This document shows, piece after piece, positions 19,670 through 29,026 of a stretch of 64,000 bases of DNA. The notes below the pieces were generated by a model. The model saw nothing but the letters and a program-made list of their open reading frames with translations. It was not told the DNA's origin and ran no database searches. The DNA is from Acidimicrobiaceae bacterium (GTDB taxonomy: Bacteria > Actinomycetota > Acidimicrobiia > Acidimicrobiales > MedAcidi-G1), in assembly GCA_002716285.1 (NCBI GenBank), contig PBAM01000010.1, forward strand, positions 15,403 through 79,402, read 5' to 3'. The stretch's first letter is position 1. Each line of letters starts with the position of its first letter. Position numbers and translations under genes: made by a program.

Positions 19670-20451
19670 GATTTAGCCTCTACTGGTCTACCCAAATATG
19701 CTTCGATGACATTGGGATTGGTTGAAACCTCGTCGTATGCTCCCTGAGCTATTGGTACACCATGGTCTAGAACCACTACGCGATCGGAAACATCTCTAAC
19801 TACTTTCATATCGTGTTCGATGATTACAATTGTGAATCCCCATTCATCGCGCAGCTTGCTGATCAGTCCCGTTAACTCTGTCGTTTCTATCGGATTCATA
19901 CCTGCAACTGGCTCGTCTAATAACAATAAACGCGGTTGCGTCGCCATTGCGCGTGCAATTTCAAGCCTGCGTCGATTTGCATACGACAATGCGAAAGCTG
20001 GTTGATCTAAACGGTATCCAACGAGACGAGTTCCGAAAAAGCCCAAAATTTCTTCAGAGCGTTCGCGTATTTCTTTCTCTTCTTGTTTGAATGCCTTCGT
20101 TTGAAACAAAGCTCCCACTACCAGTTGTGACGTTCGACAGTGTTGTGAAACCATCACATTCTCTAGAACCGTCATATTCGGGAATAGTCTCACATTCTGG
20201 AATGTTCGAGCGATCCCCATCTCTGTTATTTGATTTGGATCAAGACCTAAAACTGACTCGCCATTAAAGATGATTTCTCCACTAGTTGGAGGAATCATTC
20301 CTGAAATTGTGTTGAAAAACGTTGTTTTCCCAGCACCATTCGGTCCAATAACACTGACAATTTCTCCTTCTTCGATAGAAAAATCGAGATTTGAAAGTGC
20401 GTCTAGCCCTCCGAAAGTGACCTGAAGGTTATGAATTTCCAACAAACTCAT
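19666..20451 (-). CDS. livG: Branched-chain amino acid ABC transporter ATP-binding protein
   Basis: GPNGAGKTT, RTFQNVRLF, LEIARA, IEHDM, VIEAYLG. Confidence 0.9.
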   Translation of the reverse strand: MSLLEIHNLQVTFGGLDALSNLDFSIEEGEIVSVIGPNGAGKTTFFNTISGMIPPTSGEIIFNGESVLGLDPNQITEMGIARTFQNVRLFPNMTVLENVMVSQHCRTSQLVVGALFQTKAFKQEEKEIRERSEEILGFFGTRLVGYRLDQPAFALSYANRRRLEIARAMATQPRLLLLDEPVAGMNPIETTELTGLISKLRDEWGFTIVIIEHDMKVVRDVSDRVVVLDHGVPIAQGAYDEVSTNPNVIEAYLGRPVEAKS

Positions 20452-22238
20452 AGTTGCTCTCCCACTTCTTCCCGATCTTCACTCTCATCATCACCCAACC
20501 ATGCATCTTGAAGATATTCTTCTTGATGCAATTCCCTAGTTCGACGTGCAGTGGGCACAAGACCCTCAGGGCGTTTAAGCATCATGAAAACAAGCAGAGC
20601 TCCATAAATCAACAGTTTAAAGTTCTGGAACTCTTGAAGAAGTCCCGGTTGTCGCGGTCCGCCAAGAATCCCTATTAGAACTAACGAACCAACCATTACT
20701 CCGGTAATACTGCCCATGCCTCCCACTATCACAACTACGAGAATTATGATTGATACGAGAATCTCAAAGCTCTTTGGGAAAACAGATCCGACTTTAGCCG
20801 CCAAAACAGCTCCACTAAATGCAGCCAAAACAGCTCCGACTACAAAAGCCATTAATTTGGAATTAACTGTATTTATTCCCATTACTTCAGCAACACTCTC
20901 ATCTTCTCTTATAGCCATCCATGCTCGACCTAAACGAGACCCTTGAAGTCGCCACGAAATGTATATAGCAAAAACACAAAAAACGAGAACCATGTAGAAA
21001 ACAGATCTAGGATCCGCCCCTCTCACTTCCCAAGGTCCTAGGTCTATTGCAGGGACGTTCGTGATACCTTGTGACCCTCCTAAATAAGGCTTCAGCCAGT
21101 CAGACAAGAAAAGAAGTCTTATGATTTCACCGAATCCTAAAGTAACAATCGCTAAATAGTCTCCTCTCATGCGAATGACGGGAGCGCCTATCAGGAGGCC
21201 CGCTAAAGTCGCCATCACCACAACGACCAGCAGTGAAATCCCAAAATGAGTTTCAGGAGAGAACCACGGCGAATTAGGAGAAGTCAAAACTGCAGTTGTG
21301 TAACCCCCCACCGCAAAGAACGCCACGTATCCAAGGTCTAAAAGACCTGCAAGACCGACCACGATGTTCAGACCCAATGCCAGCAATAAGAAAAGTCCAA
21401 CGTTCGCTAAAAGTTCGTTAATGATTCCACCTAAGAACCAAGGAAGCACAATGACTAAAACTGCAACAGTAGAAAATAGAACTACAGAGTTTCGCCTTTG
21501 ATTCTCTGGCTTAGCATCTGAACGGTAACGATCTACTGTCTTTTTGAATTTACCCCGAGTGATCAAGGGCAACAAGGCCAGCACTATGGCAAGAACAATC
21601 GCTGAAGTTACTGTCATACCACCCTTTTTCGCGTAGATCATGTCACTCAACCACTCCAGACGGAAGCCTTCTGAAAGGTCATCTATAACATCTTCTAAAA
21701 CTGCAAAGGAAAAAAGACCGAACATCGCATAAGCGCTCATTTTTCGGATTTGGCCTGACATCTGGTGTAGAGAAGCTCCGATTGTTCCAAGCCCTACTCC
21801 GACGGGAATCCAAACCAAACTTCCGAAACTAATACTATTTTCAAAAGTAAGTAATCTGAATAGTTTTTGGTTCCAGTTGATCAAAGGATCTCTCATGTCA
21901 AGATTATCGATACCCAACATGAGTAATACGAGACCTAAGCTCCCCAAGAGTCCCGTTAACGCTCCTGACAATAAATCTGCTGCACCGGGTTTCGGGTTTT
22001 CTACACCTTCCAACTCGACCATTTTTGAAACTACATAACCAAACACCAAAGGAATCCAGAGTATAAAGAGGTACCCAAGGCTCAGAGTTGACTCAATCAG
22101 TATTCGCCTGTTCAACTCTGATGGAAGACCAACTAAGCAAATGAAAACCTGAGACAACGCACATACGCTTCCCCAAAATAGAGTACGTTTCCAATCCAGT
22201 TCAAACGGTTTCTTTGAAGTCAGATTCGTAGTCATCAT
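20448..22238 (-). CDS. livM: Branched-chain amino acid ABC permease with long N-terminal membrane extension
   Basis: GLNIVVGLAGLLDLGYVAF, GDYLAIVTLGFGEI, GRAWMAIREDE, RPEGL. Confidence 0.88.
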   Translation of the reverse strand: MMTTNLTSKKPFELDWKRTLFWGSVCALSQVFICLVGLPSELNRRILIESTLSLGYLFILWIPLVFGYVVSKMVELEGVENPKPGAADLLSGALTGLLGSLGLVLLMLGIDNLDMRDPLINWNQKLFRLLTFENSISFGSLVWIPVGVGLGTIGASLHQMSGQIRKMSAYAMFGLFSFAVLEDVIDDLSEGFRLEWLSDMIYAKKGGMTVTSAIVLAIVLALLPLITRGKFKKTVDRYRSDAKPENQRRNSVVLFSTVAVLVIVLPWFLGGIINELLANVGLFLLLALGLNIVVGLAGLLDLGYVAFFAVGGYTTAVLTSPNSPWFSPETHFGISLLVVVVMATLAGLLIGAPVIRMRGDYLAIVTLGFGEIIRLLFLSDWLKPYLGGSQGITNVPAIDLGPWEVRGADPRSVFYMVLVFCVFAIYISWRLQGSRLGRAWMAIREDESVAEVMGINTVNSKLMAFVVGAVLAAFSGAVLAAKVGSVFPKSFEILVSIIILVVVIVGGMGSITGVMVGSLVLIGILGGPRQPGLLQEFQNFKLLIYGALLVFMMLKRPEGLVPTARRTRELHQEEYLQDAWLGDDESEDREEVGEQL

Positions 22239-23362
22239 CCACGATCCTCTTGAGAAAGTTTCTCCCCAAAGAGTCCTGCAGGTTTAAACAGCAAGACAAG
22301 CACGAGAACGGTAAAGGCAATCGCATCCTTTAGTTGGCTTACACCAGGAACCCCAAGTGGTTCCAATATGACCATAGGAGCTATAGATTCCGCTGATCCT
22401 AAAGCAATTCCTCCCGCCATAGCACCACCCATATTTCCAATGCCTCCAACCACGGCAGCAGTAAATGCTTTAATTCCAGGCAAGAAGCCTGTCATATGAG
22501 TGACACTCCTGAATAGGAGGCCCCAGAGGATCCCCCCCACTCCAGCCATTGCTCCACCGACCGCAAACGTAATGACAATTGTTCGATTTACATTTATTCC
22601 CATAAGTGAGGCAATCTCTTTGTCTTCAGCAACTGCTCTCATTGCCCGACCTGTTTGAGTTCTTTCTACCAGATACCAAAGGCACGCCATTGAAAGTCCT
22701 GCCACAACCATTACCAGAATTTTTGTTCCAGAAATCTCAACAGTTAAAATCGACCTTTGCTTAGCTAGCCATTCAGGAAGACGGGGATAGCCTTTACTCG
22801 CTGGTCCGAACAGTCCCAGTGCAGCATTTTGGATGAAAAAGGAAACGCCTATCGAAGTGATCAAAGGAATCAATCTCGGTGAGTTTCGTAAAGGCCGATA
22901 GGCGATTCTTTCAGTAATTACCGCTGTCACTGTGGAAGTGGTAATTGCTACGAAAATAATTAAGAAGAGTGACAAAATAAAATTACTTTCCCACAAGCCA
23001 GCATCGTTTAATTTTTCAGATGTGATCCAACCTGACATAGTTCCCACCATGAAAACTTCTCCATGAGCGAAATTTATGAAACCTAAAACTCCGTAAACCA
23101 TTGAATAACCCAAAGCAATTAATCCATACATCGCTCCTTGCGACAAACCGGAAACCACCAGGCCTTTAAATTGGTCTCCTGTGAGGCCACGCGCATCAGG
23201 ATTTCTCCATTCCGCAAATGGGTTATTCGGCCATATTTGCTGTGAAATGAACGCGACAACTCCTAAAACTATCAATGTCGCCATAAGTACGCGAATAAAG
23301 GTCAAAAATCTGTCTACGCCCGATACGCGTGATTTAGATCTTTTTTTCACTGTCTCTGACAT
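22235..23362 (-). CDS. livH: Branched-chain amino acid ABC permease
   Basis: ALGYSMVYGVLGFINFAHGE, GRAMRAVAED, KAFTAAVVGGIG, KPAGLFG. Confidence 0.9.
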   Translation of the reverse strand: MSETVKKRSKSRVSGVDRFLTFIRVLMATLIVLGVVAFISQQIWPNNPFAEWRNPDARGLTGDQFKGLVVSGLSQGAMYGLIALGYSMVYGVLGFINFAHGEVFMVGTMSGWITSEKLNDAGLWESNFILSLFLIIFVAITTSTVTAVITERIAYRPLRNSPRLIPLITSIGVSFFIQNAALGLFGPASKGYPRLPEWLAKQRSILTVEISGTKILVMVVAGLSMACLWYLVERTQTGRAMRAVAEDKEIASLMGINVNRTIVITFAVGGAMAGVGGILWGLLFRSVTHMTGFLPGIKAFTAAVVGGIGNMGGAMAGGIALGSAESIAPMVILEPLGVPGVSQLKDAIAFTVLVLVLLFKPAGLFGEKLSQEDRG

Positions 23363-23384
23363 TCTTGCCTCTTATAGTTTCAGA

Positions 23385-25475
23385 TTAAACATTCTGCCCG
23401 ATGTTTGGGTTTTCGTATACTTTTTCCCTATTAAATTCGTTCAGAATTGAACGTGATGATAATGCTAAAGACACTCCACCCATAGCAGTCAAGAAAGCTC
23501 CTGCTCCTGTGACTATTTGCAGATCTGTAACTCTGGCCAAACTTATAATCCACCCAAGTCCAATTATTGATATACCTGCCCCTATGCCTGCAGTGATGAC
23601 GCTCCAGCGCCATCGCATATGCTCGTTGAAACCAAAAACTCCGACCGCCGGCAATAGAGTCAGAAGACCAATTATCACAAGTGGTATAGCCAAATAAGAA
23701 AGCCCCCCACCATTTGGAGTTATACCATCATTGATAGTCTCCACGGTCATGCGGTACTTGTTGATTAGGGAGCTAATCTTCGAGTTGTTGATCGCAACTA
23801 AAGTGGGCGACAATTCGACTTCTTCACGGAGAATATTAATTTCCACTTGAGCCTCTGGTGGTAAATCCGTAGCTCCCCGTTCATCGAAGGTCCATCCAGA
23901 AATCGAACCTATCAACACTAGAAGAAGAGCTGTTACACCGGCTAATACTCGACCCCATGCAATAGAGACTGTTAACGGTCTGTGTGGCGATAGTGGAGCT
24001 GTTTGCAGAGCGAAAAGGGAACCTAAAATACCTATGGCTCCTCCAGCTACTGACACATAAAGCCCTATCCCATGAGAGTAACTGACTGTTTCTTGTGCTG
24101 TATTTGCCATTAAGTAAGTTAGCGAAGAAATCAAAATCACGAAAGATGCTATTGCTGCACCGTGAGCGCCCATAAATTTAGATATTGAGCCTGGATTTCT
24201 AATGGTTGTGATTGAAGCAGCAATTATGAAACACGCTGCACCAAAGACGAAAAATCCGAACCAGTTTCCTCCTGAAGCAGCAAACCCGTTAAACGATTGA
24301 CCTGTAAGGTCAAGATCGACTTCACGAGCATGGCCAGCTATTAAACCTGCATCACTACCCCAGGTCAAAAATAATGAAACTAAGGCAACAACTGCGCCAA
24401 CACCAGCGACAAGTAGACCTGTACGTTCATTTGGTGTTGCAGGAGTATTCCATTCAACTTCTGTTGTTTCTTTATCTTTACCCCGTTCAGCTAATTCGCT
24501 CAGTATCTCTTCATCTGTACTTCTACGGGCCCTTACGGCACCTGTAATACGCTCAAAGAGTCTGCGATTGTCACCCTCAGGTTGTGAGAGTCGATCAAGT
24601 ACAACTGAAACTAGAAATAGAGCAAAACCTGCTGAAAAACCTAGGCCAACATCAAGGTTCTGAACCGCTCTGAACACCTGAAGCCCCAGTCCTGATGCAC
24701 CCATAATTGCTGCGATACCAACCATTGCTATTGACAACATTAAGCATTGATTCAATCCTGTCATGATCGCTGGTCTCGCTAAAGGAAGTTGAACATCAAC
24801 CAAAACTCTTGACTCAGGGGCTCCGTACGCGCGACTTGCCTCAACGACATCTTCAGGCACTTGTCTGATACCAAGATTAGTCAAACGGACTAATGGAGGC
24901 AGAGCATAAATCATCGTCACCATAGTCGCGGGTACAACACCAATACTGAAGAAAAACACAAAAGGAACCATGTAAGTAAATGAGTGAATAACTTGCATAG
25001 CATCCATCACCGGTCTCACTACGTTCCACACCCCGTCTTGTCGTGCACAAAGTACACCTAATGGAATTCCAATAAGAGAACAAAGAGCAACGGAAACTAT
25101 AACCATTCCGACAGTTCTCATAGTGTCTAGCCAGTACGCCTGGCCGAGTAGTCCACACAGTGCAAGTGCAAAACCTGATTGGATTCCGATTCTAGGAGTA
25201 CGGAAAAGAGCTCCGAAAACAACCGTAAAAAGAACAACCCAGAACCAAGAAACTGTGAGAAGAAAGGAATTAACGAAATTATCAAGCAAAAAATCGAAAG
25301 GCCATTTAATCGTGTCCAGAACCCATTCAGCGTTCAGATCCATCCAGTCGACCATCTGATCAAACCAATAACCGAAAGGAATTCTCCACTCATCCAGAAT
25401 CGCAGTGTCAAATATGCTTACTGGTTCTCCAGTACCTGCTCTCTCGAAACGTACTTGTCCTAAAATCTGCATCAT
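23385..25475 (-). CDS. proW: Glycine betaine/proline ABC permease with large C-terminal multi-TM extension
   Basis: GIPLGV, VRPVMDAMQ, RLTNLGIRQVP..VVEA, VQLPLARPAIMTGLNQ, VLDR core ending near 24580. Confidence 0.85.
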   Translation of the reverse strand: MMQILGQVRFERAGTGEPVSIFDTAILDEWRIPFGYWFDQMVDWMDLNAEWVLDTIKWPFDFLLDNFVNSFLLTVSWFWVVLFTVVFGALFRTPRIGIQSGFALALCGLLGQAYWLDTMRTVGMVIVSVALCSLIGIPLGVLCARQDGVWNVVRPVMDAMQVIHSFTYMVPFVFFFSIGVVPATMVTMIYALPPLVRLTNLGIRQVPEDVVEASRAYGAPESRVLVDVQLPLARPAIMTGLNQCLMLSIAMVGIAAIMGASGLGLQVFRAVQNLDVGLGFSAGFALFLVSVVLDRLSQPEGDNRRLFERITGAVRARRSTDEEILSELAERGKDKETTEVEWNTPATPNERTGLLVAGVGAVVALVSLFLTWGSDAGLIAGHAREVDLDLTGQSFNGFAASGGNWFGFFVFGAACFIIAASITTIRNPGSISKFMGAHGAAIASFVILISSLTYLMANTAQETVSYSHGIGLYVSVAGGAIGILGSLFALQTAPLSPHRPLTVSIAWGRVLAGVTALLLVLIGSISGWTFDERGATDLPPEAQVEINILREEVELSPTLVAINNSKISSLINKYRMTVETINDGITPNGGGLSYLAIPLVIIGLLTLLPAVGVFGFNEHMRWRWSVITAGIGAGISIIGLGWIISLARVTDLQIVTGAGAFLTAMGGVSLALSSRSILNEFNREKVYENPNIGQNV

Positions 25476-26692
25476 AGGAATACCTCCCTATCGAACCCAT
25501 CAATTAGTTGCTCCACACGTCCCATCTCTTCCATGATTTCACGAGGTTCGAGTTCACCTATTAGACGTCCTGCTTCATCAACAACTGCAATTGGCAATCC
25601 TCTTCCGGCAGCTGCATAGTTTGTGTTAAATGTCGCTTCCGCTGTGGTTCTTTCAAAGTCAGTTCTGAGTACATCATTTAGATCGCTTGAACCTTGGGCT
25701 AAAGCAGAACTTGCATCTACTAAGTGTAAAAGAGATACGGGCTTTCCATCCTGATCAACACAAAACCCTCCTTGACGTCCACCAAGTGAATTAACGGCTT
25801 CCACAAGAGTTGAATTAGAATCAACTATTGCTGGCGCTTCCATAACTGATTCGACATCAATCACTCTTCCCTGATCTACGTCCTGAACAAACTCGGCCAC
25901 ATAAGCATCAGCCGGTTGGGTAAGAATTTCTTCTGCAGTACCAATTTGAACAACATAGCCGTCTCTAAGTATGCAGACTCGATCACCTATTCTTAGAGCT
26001 TCATTTAAGTCATGGGTAATAAACAAGATCGTTTTATGAAGTTCACTCTGAATCGACATAAGCTCATCCTGCATTTGACGACGTATCAGCGGATCCAGAG
26101 CGCTAAATGCTTCGTCCATGAGAAGTATGTCTGGATCGCTACACAAAGCACGAGCTAACCCCACCCGCTGCTGCATTCCACCTGAAAGTTCTCTAGTAGC
26201 ATTTAATGCGTACGCTTCTAGACCCACAAGCGAAAGAGCCTTCATGGCAGCTGCATTTCGTTGTTTTTTATTTACACCTTGTACTTTTAGCCCATAACCC
26301 GTGTTATCAATTACATTTCTATGTGGAAACAGAGCAAAATGTTGGAAGACCATTCCCATTTTTTCACGTCGAAATTCCTGCAGTGCAGATCCGCTCAATT
26401 CCTGCACATCCGTACCCTCTACCATCACTTTTCCACTTGTGACGTCATGAAGTTTATTTACTGTACGTATCGCGGTTGATTTCCCAGAGCCTGACAAGCC
26501 CATAACCACAAATATTTCACCTTTGTTCACAGAGAAGGAAACATCGGTTAAACCCACAACGTGTCCAGACTGCTTTTGGACGTCGTCTTTATGAACACCA
26601 GATTTAGCTAAATCAAAAGCTCTTCCCCGAGGATTCGGCCCAAATATTTTAAAAACGTTTTCTAGAGAAATTATTGCTTCCCCGTCAGCCAC
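25472..26692 (-). CDS. proV: Glycine betaine/proline ABC ATP-binding protein with CBS-like C-terminus
   Basis: GLSGSGKST, MVFQHFALFPHR, LSGGMQQRVGLARAL, DEAFSALDPLIR. Confidence 0.92.
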   Translation of the reverse strand: MADGEAIISLENVFKIFGPNPRGRAFDLAKSGVHKDDVQKQSGHVVGLTDVSFSVNKGEIFVVMGLSGSGKSTAIRTVNKLHDVTSGKVMVEGTDVQELSGSALQEFRREKMGMVFQHFALFPHRNVIDNTGYGLKVQGVNKKQRNAAAMKALSLVGLEAYALNATRELSGGMQQRVGLARALCSDPDILLMDEAFSALDPLIRRQMQDELMSIQSELHKTILFITHDLNEALRIGDRVCILRDGYVVQIGTAEEILTQPADAYVAEFVQDVDQGRVIDVESVMEAPAIVDSNSTLVEAVNSLGGRQGGFCVDQDGKPVSLLHLVDASSALAQGSSDLNDVLRTDFERTTAEATFNTNYAAAGRGLPIAVVDEAGRLIGELEPREIMEEMGRVEQLIDGFDREVFL

Positions 26693-26814
26693 ATTTCCTC
26701 CCTTTATTTACCTTGTGAACAAATCAAAATAGAACGCCGTCTTTGAACTAAAAGGTTTTTCATTTTTTAGACTTATAAGCACCGTAGCAGTTTAGGGAGG
26801 TACGCTGACCAGTC

Positions 26815-27729
26815 ATGACTAAAAGTACTCATTCAGCAATAGTAGATCCGCGAAATGAAAATGTGAAAATCTATATCAATGGAGATTTTCACAGTAGAGA
26901 AAACGCCCGAATTTCAGTCTTTGACAGTGGTTTTCTGGTTGGTGACGGTATCTGGGAGGGGTTAAGGCTTCACAATGGAAAAATCGCCTTTTTAGATAAG
27001 CACCTGGACAGACTCTTTGCTGGCGCTTCAGCAATTCATTTGGACATTGGATTAGATAAAGAAGAGTTGATCAATGCCCTGCTTAAAACTGTTGAAACTA
27101 ATGGAATGACAGATGATGTTCATATCCGCGTAATGATTACTAGGGGTAACAAAAAGACGCCTTCTCAACATCCTTCAAATGTTATAGGTGGTCCTAATAT
27201 TGTGATAATCGCTGAACATAAAGTCGCTGATCCTTCTGTAAGCCAGGAGGGAATCACACTGTTTACAGTGACCGTTCGACGTCCTCCACCTGACACACTG
27301 GATCAAAGGTTAAATTGCCATTCGAAACTGCACGAGGTGATCGCCCTCATACAAGCCATCGAAGCTGGAGCTGATGAGGCTTTAATGCTTGATCCAACTG
27401 GTGCAGTCGCTACGTGTAATGCAACAAATTTTTTCATAATTAAAAACGAAGAAGTTTGGACCTCTACAGGGGAATATTGTCTCAATGGCATAACGAGAGA
27501 ACTCGTTATTGAAATAGCTAGGAACAACGGAATGAAAGCCTTCGAAAAACCTTTTTCTTTAACAGATGTATATTCTGCGGATGAAGCATTCGTTACAGGA
27601 ACTTTTGGTGGTTTGACACCTGTTACACAGGTTGATGGAAGAAAGATCGCGGACGGAAAAATCGGAAACACAACTATGCTTTTGCAGGGCCTATATAAGG
27701 AAGCTGTTAACGCCGAAGTGTCAAAATGA
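26815..27729 (+). CDS. Aminotransferase class IV family PLP protein with non-canonical active site
   Basis: ISVFDSGFLVGDGIWEG, HLDRL, GITR, ADEAFVTGTFGG; canonical Lys and Glu positions altered (see findings). Confidence 0.85.
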   Translation: MTKSTHSAIVDPRNENVKIYINGDFHSRENARISVFDSGFLVGDGIWEGLRLHNGKIAFLDKHLDRLFAGASAIHLDIGLDKEELINALLKTVETNGMTDDVHIRVMITRGNKKTPSQHPSNVIGGPNIVIIAEHKVADPSVSQEGITLFTVTVRRPPPDTLDQRLNCHSKLHEVIALIQAIEAGADEALMLDPTGAVATCNATNFFIIKNEEVWTSTGEYCLNGITRELVIEIARNNGMKAFEKPFSLTDVYSADEAFVTGTFGGLTPVTQVDGRKIADGKIGNTTMLLQGLYKEAVNAEVSK

Positions 27730-28451
27730 CTTTGAGGATCAACTGTTGGTCAGGCCCCAGAAATATTTCAACGGCTTTAATGTACTCCTTCCGGGAGCGC
27801 GCAGACACGACCGTGATTGATGAACCTTTTTACGCCCATTACCTAAGGGTGAGCGGACGTGAACATCCTGGATACCAAGAAGTTCTCAATTCGCAGGATC
27901 AATATTCAGAACAAGTCATCCGAAATGTTATAAAGGGTCACTACGAAACTCCAGTTGTTTTCTTTAAACAAATGTGTCACCACCTAGTAGAAATAGATCT
28001 TTCATTTTTGGACAACTGTTCAAATATCTTGCTAATAAGAGAACCAAGTCTCGTAATTCGTTCACATGCAAAAAATGTTCCTGACCTTAAAGTCTCAGAT
28101 ATAGGTTTAGATATTCAAAATTTTCTCTTAAACAAAATCTTGGAATCTGGTGAGACTCCAGTAGTTGTCGACTCGGCCAACTTACTTATGCAACCAGAGG
28201 CAATTTTGAAAGAATTGTGCCAACATCTTGAAATTGCTTTTGATGATTCGATGCTTTCTTGGGAACCTGGAGCAAAACCTGAAGATGGTGTTTGGGCTAA
28301 ACACTGGTACGAAAACACTCATGAATCATCTGGTTTTTCGAACAAAGAACCCGACAGAGACTCACTACCTGAAAAATTTTTACCTGTTCTAGAAGAAGCT
28401 ACTGTCTTATATGACAATTTAAAAAAATATGCGTGCAAAGGAATTGAGTGA
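27726..28451 (+). CDS. Sulfotransferase-like P-loop protein (BCAT-like-associated family)
   Basis: WSGPRNISTALMYSF, DEPFYAHYL, KQMCHH, LIREP, MLSW..G..PEDGVWA.HWY; ATGA overlap with upstream gene. Confidence 0.8.
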   Translation: MTLRINCWSGPRNISTALMYSFRERADTTVIDEPFYAHYLRVSGREHPGYQEVLNSQDQYSEQVIRNVIKGHYETPVVFFKQMCHHLVEIDLSFLDNCSNILLIREPSLVIRSHAKNVPDLKVSDIGLDIQNFLLNKILESGETPVVVDSANLLMQPEAILKELCQHLEIAFDDSMLSWEPGAKPEDGVWAKHWYENTHESSGFSNKEPDRDSLPEKFLPVLEEATVLYDNLKKYACKGIE

Positions 28452-29026
28452 TGAAGGATCCGGCTTGGATAGAGATCGTTCCACAAGCAGATTGGACTGA
28501 AGACAATTCTCTAAGCGATTCACTTGAGAAAGTCAAAGATCAAGAAAACGGCCGTGTGGATCACATCATGGCGGTCCATTCCATTAATCCCAGAAGCCTA
28601 GAGGCACACAATGCCGTGTATTCATCTGCTATGTCTGGAACTGCTTCTTTGAGAAAAGTTGAAAGAGAGCTAATAGCATTCGTAGTTAGTTTGGAAAACC
28701 ATTGCCACTATTGAGTATTTCATCACAAGCGCGGTCTGCGTAATCTGCTAAAAGATGACACCCTTCTAGAACAAATAGAAGAAGATTGGATGGCTTCCGA
28801 ATTGTCAGATTCGCGTAAAACTATGTTGAATTTTGCGGTGAAACTCACGAATGAACCTAGAAACATGGAAATAACAGACATCAATAAACTTCGTGAAGTG
28901 GGTTTTAGCGACCGAGATATTCTCGACATTGTTGAAGTAACGGCCTATTACGCTTACGTAAACAGACTCGCTGACGGATTGGGAGTCACTATAGAAGATT
29001 GGATTTCTGACGACGAGTCAACTTAG
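28451..29026 (+). CDS. AhpD/carboxymuconolactone decarboxylase-family peroxidase-related selenoprotein (191 aa, Sec at residue 88, TGA at 28712-28714)
   Basis: Track ORFs 28448..28714 and 28790..29026 are in frame, joined by TGA plus 25 sense codons: RELIAFVVSLENHCHY-U-VFHH...FAVKLT..P...LREVGFSD..I.D...VTAYYAYVNRLADGLG. CxxU occupies the CxxC site. Confidence 0.9.
28720..28758 (+). promoter_or_regulatory. Putative bacterial SECIS element of the AhpD-like gene
   Basis: Upper hairpin GCGC-GGUCU-GCGU (28729-28741) with G-U at positions 23-24; possible lower stem UCAUC (28720-24) / GAUGA (28754-58). Confidence 0.7.

Noticed and set aside
26693-26814. Riboswitch upstream of proV (also checked upstream of betA and mtnA)
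   Set aside because: Intergenic regions are short and AT-rich with no recognisable aptamer.
7403-29026. Genome-wide TGA reassignment (Trp or Gly) as the explanation for the two in-frame TGAs
   Set aside because: TGA ends many complete genes here, including ATGA overlaps at 16101 and 27726, and both internal TGAs fall at redox-Cys positions with SECIS-like hairpins.
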